Positions 1 to 8,961 of a DNA stretch of 31,056 nt are shown in pieces. Position numbers and translations under genes: made by a program. Under the pieces are notes generated by a model. That model was not told the DNA's origin. It worked only from the letters and a program-made list of their open reading frames with translations, and made no database searches. This DNA comes from Escherichia coli (lineage in GTDB: Bacteria; Pseudomonadota; Gammaproteobacteria; Enterobacterales; Enterobacteriaceae): assembly GCF_003334335.1 (NCBI RefSeq), contig NZ_QOWQ01000047.1. One strand, written 5' to 3'. Position 1 is the first letter of the stretch; each line of letters opens with the position of its first letter.

Positions 1-463
1 CTTTATTATCGAGTTCGGTGACCGCCTGGACGGCCACTTCTGAGAAAAGGTATTTACACAGAATCCTGAACAGGCTCCCGCAATTCTTTACCCGCCAACC
101 TACCAACAATAGATGCACGTGCTCGTTTTTATCATCACCTAGATCGCCATCACTGTATTAATAGGTATGGTGATGTACTCACAATTCTACAAACCGACGG
201 CTGGCTTCCTCTACCGCAGAAATAATCTACTAAGGCGGTCTAAACGAAATTAATGATGAAATACCGGCATGTTGATAATATCAGAAAAGACATGCCATAG
301 TTATCTTGATCCGAATACCATGTGCGACGACTCGCTCAACTTCCATCATTCTTGGTACGTTGGAATCTCTTAATAAATTCTATCTGGCCACGGTGATTTA
401 TACCCTACTGAATTATATTGCTTTATTGAGAGAAACGGCCGTTCTTGGCAAGAAGCGGACAGA

Positions 464-907
464 CTAACTTAGCAGTAGGTCCGCTGTGAGCGAGGTGCAG
501 AAGTTCGCAATTGTTCTCGCAACCAAGGTAGCTAAAAAACACGGCAGGCAAATGTCTACATGTAAGATACACTTGCTATTATCAAGAATTTTAGTCCTGA
601 AGCATTTTAACTTTCTTCTCATGTTTTTATATTCGCCATTTATCCATTCAGGTTCTTCCCGAATAGCTGATCGCATACAGTGTGTTAGGATATCATTCCA
701 GAAAGCTGCAATCGCATCTGCAAACTCTATAAACTGTGTTTCTGTAACCTCTAGTTGCTCATGACGTAGACTAAATCTGACGGTGTCACCACGATGTAGC
801 ATCAGCATTGCGGTGAGCCGCCGGGCATGGTTTTTGTCATTTGTTTTATGGATAGTTTTCTGCATCAGGTGCCGTTCGGCTCTGGGTATTGGTACTATGA
901 TCGGCAT
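464..907 (-). pseudogene. Transposase-like fragment: first ~45 aa resemble the HTH N-terminus of IS630-family transposases, then diverges; likely truncated or decayed
   Basis: ORF-track translation MPIIVPIPRAERHLMQKTIHKTNDKNHARRLTAMLMLHRGD... recalled from memory as IS630-family-like; the catalytic DDE part is absent. Not verified by search. Confidence 0.3.
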
Positions 908-1289
908 TACTCAGTCCGGCTGGTGATTTGGGATATTCAGCGATTGATCAGATCGCATAAACCGGACTGAGTTCCCCTTGAGTGATCTACTATTCCGAGC
1001 AGCTATTTAGATTGTTATTGATGCCGGAAGAAAACATCACTCGATCAATTCCCCAATAGTCAAGCAAGCAAAAGAGAGTGCTGCACAGTTCAATGCTGGC
1101 CGTTTCATGCGAGGAAAATTCCCTTTTCATTGCAAGTTGCTCAAACTCTTTAGTGCCATCCTGAATGCGATGCTCAGAAAGAACAAAGAAATGTAATGAA
1201 TCCTGCCATCAGGTTACTCCATAATTTTGCTGGTCAAGACAGTTAATTACGTGACGTATGCTCAGGCACCGGATGCCGTTTTACCGGGT

Positions 1290-2021
1290 TCACCTGCCAT
1301 CCAGTAGACGCCCCGGCCCACGACTGCAACCATAATTACGTTGCCCGGAACCGTTATGCAACTTCGTTTCATTTTTCACGAGATAACGGGCTCTCTCCAG
1401 GGCTTTCTGCACCGCTTCCTTGTCACCACGCGTGACCCAGAGCACAGCGGATCCACCAGACTTTTTGTCAGAAGCCTTCCGGGTATCAGAACACCCACTT
1501 GGTAAAGGCGTGTCATCGGAAGAAGGGGGAGCAGCAGGTGATGTCGGTTTACGGGAAGGAGTCCACCTGGAAAAATGGACCAGCCCATCACCCAGCCAGG
1601 GCTCAATACGCAGGGCGCTGCACCATGCCTCCTGGATCAGCGTCGCCAGCGAAGAAGAAACGGTGAAATCCCCGAGCGAGCACCAGGTATCTTTGTTGAG
1701 CAGTAATATCACGTGATAATGTTTCCTGCCATACATCTTGCCGAACTCCCGGCACCAGAAATAACCCAGGCTGGTTGCATGCACACGCTGATTGGCACAT
1801 CTTTTTTTCCGCTGGTAAGCCTGAATTTTGGCTTTCAGGGATTCGAAAAAACGAGAAATCACCGCTGAATCCGGATCGGGCTCCATGATGGTGACAGGCA
1901 TATACTCAGGGAAACGTAAATCCACCCGGATTAACGAGACGGCACGGTGTTGCACCAGGGCACTGTTGAGAATACTTTCAAAACGGGATAACCAGTAATC
2001 ATTGTGTATTGGTTGATTCAT
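1290..2021 (-). CDS. YfjJ/YagK-family protein (Inovirus Gp2-like), typical of CP4-type cryptic prophage islands
   Basis: 243-aa ORF; family assigned from memory of K-12 CP4-57 and CP4-6 paralogs, not from an alignment. Several overlapping antisense ORFs were ignored. Confidence 0.55.
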   Translation of the reverse strand: MNQPIHNDYWLSRFESILNSALVQHRAVSLIRVDLRFPEYMPVTIMEPDPDSAVISRFFESLKAKIQAYQRKKRCANQRVHATSLGYFWCREFGKMYGRKHYHVILLLNKDTWCSLGDFTVSSSLATLIQEAWCSALRIEPWLGDGLVHFSRWTPSRKPTSPAAPPSSDDTPLPSGCSDTRKASDKKSGGSAVLWVTRGDKEAVQKALERARYLVKNETKLHNGSGQRNYGCSRGPGRLLDGR

Positions 2022-2690
2022 GATGAGAGATCTCCGTTGATTTGGATTGACTTCACATCATTAATCGCCGCGGTAAAACTTTACGGCATCCCACCAATGA
2101 GCAACGCCAATAGCTCCTGATTAAAACGGAATGAATCGTCCCGTAACGAAAAGATAATCCTGCACACGACAGCAAAACGTAAAACAACAGCATGAATGAG
2201 CTAAATGTCTAAAGAAAAACTGCCTTTTCACATTATTTTTCAGCGAGTAATCATACCAGCATCCCTAACATACGAAATCGCATCGTGATCGATCGCTGAT
2301 TCGCCGAACAACTGATCGAATACACCGGAATCTGCACTAACATCCTGATGGGTAACGGAAGACTAAAAAACCAGTGTTCTATTGATTGCACGGAATGCCT
2401 GTGCGCTGGCCTGACCAGTAAGCACAATTCTACGAGTAGTAAGATATCTACTCCAAAACCATGCGCAGTAGCCACCATATGTTGCCAGGGTGAAAAATAA
2501 GCTCAGAGCTATAGGGGAGTAATTCCCGTTAATGTCATCGCCGTACCTCAATCAGCTCACAAACTGGCTGAAACGTTAAGCTGAGGCCTTTATTCTTCAG
2601 ATGTATTTTCCGGTTTACCTGTAAATTATCTTCTGATATTTATCACATTAGTAATTGTGCTGATTATCTACATACTTCAAGGTCTGAAAT

Positions 2691-3221
2691 ATGAAGCTAA
2701 CAGAAGAAAGTCTGAATCTAGTCATTGACATCCTGAATGATTTGATCTGTGAAGGAAAAATGCTGAACGATGTGGAGCGCAGATCTCTGCTCAATGCAGT
2801 TATGGCAATTACAGCGGTAAAAGAACGTTCTGTCGTATCTGTATCATCCCGAAAAGAGCAAAGTAAGAAGGAGAAGAAGGAAAGAGAGATCGATCCTCGT
2901 TTCCCAAATGCTGGTGTGGCATGGAATGAGGCAGACGAGAGTTTATTGCGAGATGTTCTGGAGGATGTACCGGACGATGAAATTGGTAAACACCTTTTCT
3001 GGCTGGCAGAGAAACTAGGGCGAACCCCGTACAGTGTAGCCTGTAAAGTCAGACAAATTAAGAAATTACCTGCAGAATGGAAGGATCAATTTCGTAAAAT
3101 CTCTGACAGGATCCGTAGTTCTGGAATGTCAGTCAGTGAATATCTACAACGCCAGGGACTGTTAAGCCCAGAGTCAGGGGAAGAAAACAATCCTGTCAGT
3201 CATAACAACAATGTAGCTTAA
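2691..3221 (+). CDS. Hypothetical protein (176 aa) with a Lys/Glu-rich central linker and a possible C-terminal HTH-like region; unknown family
   Basis: Clean ATG start at 2691, KEQSKKEKKERE low-complexity segment, stop at 3219-3221 followed by a hairpin; sits in the island cargo slot. No family recognised. Confidence 0.45.
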   Translation: MKLTEESLNLVIDILNDLICEGKMLNDVERRSLLNAVMAITAVKERSVVSVSSRKEQSKKEKKEREIDPRFPNAGVAWNEADESLLRDVLEDVPDDEIGKHLFWLAEKLGRTPYSVACKVRQIKKLPAEWKDQFRKISDRIRSSGMSVSEYLQRQGLLSPESGEENNPVSHNNNVA

Positions 3222-3234
3222 TCCTGAAGAAGAT

Positions 3235-3270
3235 GAACAGTTTATACTCTTTAAACTGTTCCCTTAATTT
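3235..3270 (+). terminator. Putative intrinsic terminator after the 176-aa ORF
   Basis: Perfect 10-bp inverted repeat GAACAGTTTA / TAAACTGTTC (3235-3244 and 3252-3261) with a 7-nt loop, followed by a T-rich tract. The stem is AT-rich, so strength is uncertain. Confidence 0.35.
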
Positions 3271-3761
3271 TAGAAAAACAGTTTGTGTAAGTGCATGCTC
3301 CAACATTCTGAAGGCGTTATTTCTTACAATACATCATAATCATTGGCAGATCCTCATCTGAATCAAAACACCACAACCAATCATCACACTTTTTCTGAAA
3401 AGAGCCTTATGATGAAGATAATCACCTTACGCTGAGAAAAAACACCAGGGCCAGTTAATCACCTTATCAATCTCGCCGTTACAAAATCATCCATAAGCCA
3501 TTTAACAGTGTTATCGCAAACTCACAGTAAATCGCATCAGGTTACCTCAATCGGATTTGAGTTAATTCACTGGGCTTTACGTAAAGATACTTTTCTCAAG
3601 CTAACGTCGAAACTCGAAATCTAAGGAAAGGTTAAACGTAACATCAGTAAAATCGAATAGCAGATTGATTGCTTAAACAGAAAGGTTTTACAGCAGCATT
3701 AAACTGATTTAGTTAACGTAAAGATTTACTAAACTGGATGTGTATAGCAATGCTTAACGAA

Positions 3762-3880
3762 AACACTTGTAGAAGTGTTTATGAAAATACGTGTATGTCT
3801 GGTAAAACACTTAGTAGAAAATACGTGTATAACACTTACTGAAATGCTTAGTAAAAATACTTAGTAAAATACGTGTATAT
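3762..3880. repeat. Cluster of direct repeats (three exact copies of AAAATACGTGTAT) plus a palindrome, inside a 1.16-kb AT-rich non-coding region
   Basis: Exact 13-mer at 3784-3796, 3818-3830 and 3866-3878 (spacing 34 and 48 bp); copies 2 and 3 share the extended unit CTTAGTA(G)AAAATACGTGTAT; palindrome AACACTT-gtag-AAGTGTT at 3762-3779. No ORF of 60 aa or more anywhere in 3222-4384. Confidence 0.6.
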
Positions 3881-4384
3881 AGTATCATACCGACATTCTC
3901 AACATCTTCAGACTTCCATACATACTGGGTGTTAATTTTTCACTTTTACAGCCAGCATGGAGTTTTCTGTCCTAAAAACAGAGCAGATTTACTCTGGAGT
4001 TATTTTCCTGTTCACGTATTCAGTACAGCAGAAATCCCGTGATAACGAGACAGTAAACCATCGTAATCAGCGTCTGTAACTCCATCGCTTTACCCCAGAA
4101 AAGTTAAGCCATATAATGTGAGGGATATAAGTCGTCGTATCCGGTAAGTACAGATAACCACAACATAAGCTCATTCAGTAAATTTTATCTCTGAACAAAC
4201 GACTATGGCATGCTCATTTATACTATTCATAAGAAAGTGTGATTATCTGTAAGCATTAACCATCAAATCATATAACCATACTAAACTGGCGGATCATCAG
4301 CACCATTAGCAGGTAACTTATTGAAATTTTATTATGTGTTTTTTGTTGATAATTAATATGCAATATGAATTTGATATTTTAGAA

Positions 4385-5608
4385 TCATGAACACCATTTA
4401 AAATTACCATCATTAATATCATATAAAAATATATTTTTACTAAAACATGAATTGTATATATTTATTAGCTCAGGAAAATTATCAGGGTTCACCTTCAAAT
4501 TAACCTGAATGTTATGCTTAATTTCACCCAGTAGTTCTTCATGTGTGGATTTTATTATCCCATTATTATAATCGATAAATGCACACATGTTTTTTATGAA
4601 TTCAAAACCTTTTCCTGTATACAGTTTAATGAATGCCACCAGAGCAAACATTTCAAGATGTAGCCATAATGCTACGTTAGTTTTTTGCAAAGTATAAAAA
4701 ATTGAATTCGCCACTTTTTTACTTATTGCTCTTTTATACTGTGATCGAGCAAGATTCAGTAGCGGAAGCTCTCGTTCAATAAATGAATGTGAAAAGACTG
4801 GATAAATTGATGTCGGAAACCTTTCAGGCCTTATGATATTTTCTATTTCCACCATAAATCTATCCATAGAAAGAAAGTCACTTTCTTTTTTTATTCTGGT
4901 ATAGAGACCGCCTTTATTCCTTTCTGAGGTTTGTTTTCGTGCTATCCCCCCTAACAATTTCTCTAATTGTTTATTTATCTTCGTATAATTAAATACAACC
5001 ATTCTTCTTATCATCCTCGGAAGGATAATAATATCAGTGCTTGAATCACTTGAACGGCAATTATTATTTATCCATGCAACTTCAAGTTGCAGTATCGGAA
5101 CATTAACTTTTCTGGGGTGAATATCACTCTGATATCGTTTTTTGTATGCGTTTTCATTAAGATATTCTCTGCTGTAGAGAAACTTATAGCAATATAATCT
5201 GATAATATCTTTTATGTAAAATTTAAATAGTTCACCTGTAACAGATATATGTTTTCTGCTCAGTAACTCCTGTGTATTAAGCCATTCCCGTGACCGAAGC
5301 ACACCCTTGTGAAAACTTTTTCTTACTTGCTTTGAGGCACGGCATTGATGTAATATTTTTGCGTCCTCAATAATTCTCTTTCCCGTTTTATTTTTTGCAG
5401 CATCTCTTACTCCATAAAATATCTCCCGGTCCAGACTTTTGTCATATTTACTGATTATACGACAAATATTCCTGACCCGACGATTCTCTTTATTTCGCTT
5501 CCATAGCTTATAATGATCATCGCATAACCTTAAGGCATTTGCCTCATCAAATTCTGAAACAGGATTACTGCATTTTTTATTCCGACAAATACCTTTGTTT
5601 TTAGCCAT
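4385..5608 (-). CDS. Orphan hypothetical protein (407 aa), strongly AT-rich, N-terminal Cys/His cluster (possible zinc-binding or HNH-like finger); candidate cargo or defence gene
   Basis: Long uninterrupted ORF with ATG at 5606-5608 and a GGAAG-like Shine-Dalgarno upstream. Composition is visibly far more AT-rich than flanking DNA. N-terminus reads C-x4-C-x15-C-DD-H. No family recognised. Confidence 0.6.
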   Translation of the reverse strand: MAKNKGICRNKKCSNPVSEFDEANALRLCDDHYKLWKRNKENRRVRNICRIISKYDKSLDREIFYGVRDAAKNKTGKRIIEDAKILHQCRASKQVRKSFHKGVLRSREWLNTQELLSRKHISVTGELFKFYIKDIIRLYCYKFLYSREYLNENAYKKRYQSDIHPRKVNVPILQLEVAWINNNCRSSDSSTDIIILPRMIRRMVVFNYTKINKQLEKLLGGIARKQTSERNKGGLYTRIKKESDFLSMDRFMVEIENIIRPERFPTSIYPVFSHSFIERELPLLNLARSQYKRAISKKVANSIFYTLQKTNVALWLHLEMFALVAFIKLYTGKGFEFIKNMCAFIDYNNGIIKSTHEELLGEIKHNIQVNLKVNPDNFPELINIYNSCFSKNIFLYDINDGNFKWCS

Positions 5609-5661
5609 ACTCTTCTTCCCGTCAATGGAAAAATTTTCACACCCATATTACCTGAATGATA

Positions 5662-5684
5662 AACCGGATTAGTGTGATCCGGTT
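5662..5684. promoter_or_regulatory. Perfect palindrome AACCGGAT-N7-ATCCGGTT in the divergent intergenic region between the 407-aa gene and the GTPase gene; candidate operator
   Basis: Arms at 5662-5669 and 5677-5684 are exact reverse complements. It lies in the 100-bp gap between two divergently oriented start codons (5608 and 5709). Function is inferred. Confidence 0.3.
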
Positions 5685-5708
5685 CAGTGAAATCAACAGG
5701 ATACCGGT

Positions 5709-7214
5709 ATGCCATTCAGCAATTCTTCCCTCTCCGCGCAAGTGAAATCATATCTGACGTTTCTTCCTGAAGAAATACGCCAGAAAATCCTTGAACATCT
5801 CCACGGTGTTATTCATTACGAGCCCGTGATTGGCATTATGGGTAAATCCGGCACCGGCAAGAGCAGCCTGTGTAATGCCATTTTTCAGTCCCGTATCTGC
5901 GCCACGCATCCCCTGAACGGCTGCACCCGCCAGGCTCATCGTCTTACCCTGCAGCTCGGTGAACGCAGAATGACGCTGGTCGATCTGCCCGGCATTGGTG
6001 AAACACCGCAGCATGATCAGGAATACCGAGCGCTTTATCGTCAGTTACTGCCGGAACTGGATCTGATTATCTGGATCCTGCGGAGTGATGAACGTGCGTA
6101 TGCTGCCGATATTGCCATGCATCAGTTTTTACTGAATGAGGGCGCAGATCCCTCGCGCTTTCTGTTTGTTCTCAGCCATGCCGATCGCATGTTTCCTGCT
6201 GAAGAATGGAATGCCACAGAAAAATGCCCGTCCCGTCACCAGGAACTCTCACTGGCGACAGTAACAGCCCGGGTGGCCACCCTGTTCCCTTCATCATTTC
6301 CGGTACTCCCCGTAGCCGCGCCTGCAGGCTGGAACCTTCCAGCGCTGGTGTCACTGATGATCCACGCGCTGCCACCACAGGCAACCAGCGCAGTTTATTC
6401 ACATATCCGGGGGGAAAACCACTCTGAACAGGCCCGGAAACACGCACAACTGACTTTTGGTGAAACCATCGGGAAAAGTTTTGACGACGCCGTTGCCCGT
6501 TTCAGTTTTCCGCCCTGGATGTTACAGCTTCTGCGCAAAACCCGGGACCGCATTATCCACCTGCTGTTCACTGTGGCATCCTTCTCCACCTCCGCCGGTA
6601 ACTGGGCTGTCAAAAACGGCTGGTGCCAGACCATGACGGAAGATGGTCAGGCGCTGGTAATGCTGAAAAATGGCACGATTGGTATTACCGGCCTGATGCA
6701 GGGATGCCCGAATGGCGTACAGACGCTCCTGGGCAGCCGTATCAGTATTAACGGTAACCTGATCCCCACATCACAAATGTGTAATCAGCAGACGGGATTC
6801 AGGGCTGTTGAGGTGGAAGTCGGACAGGCGCCGGAAATGGTCAAAAAAGCCGTTCACTCCATAGCAGAGCGTGATGTGTCCGTTTTACAGGCATTTGGTG
6901 TACGAATGGAATTCACCCGCGGTGATATGCTGAAGGTCTGTCCGAAATTTGTCACATCACTTGCCGGTTTTTCCCCGAAACAGACACCCGCCATTAATAA
7001 AGATTCCGTCCTGCAGGCTGCCCGGCAGGCATACGCCCGGGAATATGACGAGGAAACAACAGAAACCGCTGATTTTGGCTCTTACGAAGTAAAAGGCAAT
7101 AAGGTTGAGTTTGAAGTGTTCAATCCTGAAGACCGTGCGTACGACAAAGTGACCGTCACGGTTGGTGCTGACGGTAATGCCACCGGTGCCAGCGTTGAAT
7201 TTATCGGAAAATAG
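5709..7214 (+). CDS. YeeP/YfjP/YkfA-family P-loop GTPase with an extra ~210-aa C-terminal extension
   Basis: Walker A motif GKSGTGKSS near residue 45 and a DLPG motif; the N-terminal ~290 aa resemble K-12 CP4 GTPases (about 287 aa, from memory). The ORF runs on to 501 aa. Confidence 0.7.
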   Translation: MPFSNSSLSAQVKSYLTFLPEEIRQKILEHLHGVIHYEPVIGIMGKSGTGKSSLCNAIFQSRICATHPLNGCTRQAHRLTLQLGERRMTLVDLPGIGETPQHDQEYRALYRQLLPELDLIIWILRSDERAYAADIAMHQFLLNEGADPSRFLFVLSHADRMFPAEEWNATEKCPSRHQELSLATVTARVATLFPSSFPVLPVAAPAGWNLPALVSLMIHALPPQATSAVYSHIRGENHSEQARKHAQLTFGETIGKSFDDAVARFSFPPWMLQLLRKTRDRIIHLLFTVASFSTSAGNWAVKNGWCQTMTEDGQALVMLKNGTIGITGLMQGCPNGVQTLLGSRISINGNLIPTSQMCNQQTGFRAVEVEVGQAPEMVKKAVHSIAERDVSVLQAFGVRMEFTRGDMLKVCPKFVTSLAGFSPKQTPAINKDSVLQAARQAYAREYDEETTETADFGSYEVKGNKVEFEVFNPEDRAYDKVTVTVGADGNATGASVEFIGK

Positions 7215-7219
7215 CTGGT

Positions 7220-7453
7220 ATGTCGGACTGTCACCCTGTTTTATTGCCCGAAGGCCCTTTCTCACGCGAACAGGCGATGGCTGTCACAACAGCTTACCGC
7301 AATGTGCTTATTGAAGATGATCAGGGAACGCATTTCCGGCTGGTTATCCGCAATGCTGAAGGGCAGCTACGCTGGCGGTGCTGGAATTTTGAACCTGATG
7401 CCGGAAAACAGCTTAATGCGGGGCTCGCCAGTGAGGGAATTCTCAGGCAATAA
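7220..7453 (+). CDS. DUF905-like small protein (YkfF-like) of the CP4 island backbone
   Basis: 77-aa ORF with ...[19 protein letters not shown]...HFRLV...WNFEPDAG..., recalled as the DUF905 family. From memory only. Confidence 0.5.
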   Translation: MSDCHPVLLPEGPFSREQAMAVTTAYRNVLIEDDQGTHFRLVIRNAEGQLRWRCWNFEPDAGKQLNAGLASEGILRQ

Positions 7454-7551
7454 ACGTCTTCATTTCATCCATCAGGCCACGTCTTCTCCGGGAGACGTGG
7501 CTTTTTCATTTATTACACCAGTAAATCTTAACCACCAATAAGGAGCAAATC

Positions 7552-8370
7552 ATGCGATTAGCAAGTCGTTTTGGTTATGCGAACCAGATACGCCGTGACC
7601 GCCCCTTAACTCGCGAAGAACTGATGCAGGTCGTCCCCAGCGTATTCGGGGAAGATAAGCACACATCCAGAAGCGAGAACTATACCTGGATCCCCACCAT
7701 CACAGTGCTGGAAAGCCTGCAGCGGGAAGGTTTTCAGCCATTCTTTGCCTGCCAGACCCGCGTACGTGACCCGGGCCGCCGGGGGTATACCAAACACATG
7801 CTGCGTCTGCGCCGTGACGGGGAGATAAACGGACAACATGTCCCTGAAATCATCCTGCTGAACTCCCATGACGGTACCTCCAGCTACCAGATGCTGCCGG
7901 GTTACTTCAGGTTCGTCTGCCAGAACGGCTGCGTCTGTGGTCAGTCTCTGGGGGAAGTGCGTGTTCCGCACCGGGGAAATGTGGTGGACAGAGTCATTGA
8001 AGGGGCTTACGAGGTGGTGGGCGTGTTTGACCGGATTGAGGAAAAGCGTGATGCCATGCAGTCGCTGATTCTGCCGCCACCGGCACGCCAGGCGCTGGCA
8101 CAGGCGGCACTGACTTACCGTTATGGTGACGAACATCAGCCCGTCACCACCGCCGACATTCTGACGCCACGACGCCGGGAGGATTACGGTAAGGACCTGT
8201 GGAGTGCTTATCAGACCATCCAGGAAAATATGCTGAAAGGCGGGATTTCCGGTCGCAGCGCTAAAGGAAAACGTATCCACACCCGTGCCATTCACAGCAT
8301 CGACACGGACATTAAGCTCAATCGCGCATTGTGGGTGATGGCAGAAACGCTGCTGGAGAGCATGCGCTGA
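7552..8370 (+). CDS. DUF932-family protein (YafZ/YfjQ-like)
   Basis: 272-aa ORF; length and position after the GTPase match CP4 island DUF932 genes. The antisense 275-aa ORF (7606-8433) was rejected. Confidence 0.6.
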   Translation: MRLASRFGYANQIRRDRPLTREELMQVVPSVFGEDKHTSRSENYTWIPTITVLESLQREGFQPFFACQTRVRDPGRRGYTKHMLRLRRDGEINGQHVPEIILLNSHDGTSSYQMLPGYFRFVCQNGCVCGQSLGEVRVPHRGNVVDRVIEGAYEVVGVFDRIEEKRDAMQSLILPPPARQALAQAALTYRYGDEHQPVTTADILTPRRREDYGKDLWSAYQTIQENMLKGGISGRSAKGKRIHTRAIHSIDTDIKLNRALWVMAETLLESMR

Positions 8371-8461
8371 TGCTGTTTCCCTGAAAGTGCAGCCCTGACT
8401 CACGTCTGTACCAGTCCCCAGGCATTCTTCCATTCATTTACTTTTTATAAGGAATCATCTC

Positions 8462-8947
8462 ATGACAACCTTTTCGCATAGCTCCACCACACCTTCTGTT
8501 TCCGTAACCACTGCATCAGGGAATAACCAGTCTCAACTGGTTGCCACCATAGTCCCTGATGAACAGCGCATCAGCTTCTGGCCGCAGCACTTTGGCCTCA
8601 TTCCACAGTGGGTGACCCTGGAGCCCCGTGTCTTCGGCTGGATGGACCGTCTGTGTGAAGACTACTGCGGTGGTATCTGGAATCTGTACACCCTGAATAA
8701 CGGCGGCGCATTTATGGCGCCCGAACCGGATGAAGATGATGACGAAACATGGGTACTGTTCAATGCCATGAACAGTAACCGCGCTGAAATGAGCCCGGAA
8801 GCCGCCGGCATTGCAGCCTGTCTGATGACGTACAGCCATCATGCCTGTCGTATGGAGTGTTATGCCATGACGGTCCATTATTACCGGCTGCGGGATTATG
8901 CCCTGCAGCATCCGGAATGCAGCGCCATTATGCGCATCATTGACTGA
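8462..8947 (+). CDS. Antirestriction protein, KlcA/ArdB-like (YfjX/YafX family)
   Basis: 161-aa ORF with an acidic stretch EPDEDDDE and the conserved position immediately upstream of the RadC-like gene. Confidence 0.65.
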   Translation: MTTFSHSSTTPSVSVTTASGNNQSQLVATIVPDEQRISFWPQHFGLIPQWVTLEPRVFGWMDRLCEDYCGGIWNLYTLNNGGAFMAPEPDEDDDETWVLFNAMNSNRAEMSPEAAGIAACLMTYSHHACRMECYAMTVHYYRLRDYALQHPECSAIMRIID

Positions 8948-8961
8948 AAGGGGCCGGAACA

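Noticed and set aside
1376-1800. Three ORFs (1376-1606 minus, 1420-1716 plus, 1603-1800 minus) nested within the YfjJ-like gene
   Set aside because: They lie in alternative or antisense frames of a longer, family-consistent ORF.
3762-3880. Possible CRISPR array
   Set aside because: The repeats are only 13-21 bp, few in number and irregularly spaced (34 and 48 bp), the intervening spacers partly repeat each other, and no cas genes are nearby.
3957-4079. 40-codon plus-strand ORF (MEFSVLKTEQIYSGVIF...) in the non-coding cargo region
   Set aside because: Short, no obvious Shine-Dalgarno sequence and no recognisable product, so not reported as a gene. A small-protein gene cannot be excluded without ribosome profiling or conservation analysis.
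7606-8433. 275-aa minus-strand ORF overlapping the DUF932 gene
   Set aside because: Fully antisense to a plus-strand gene that fits the conserved island gene order; no independent support.
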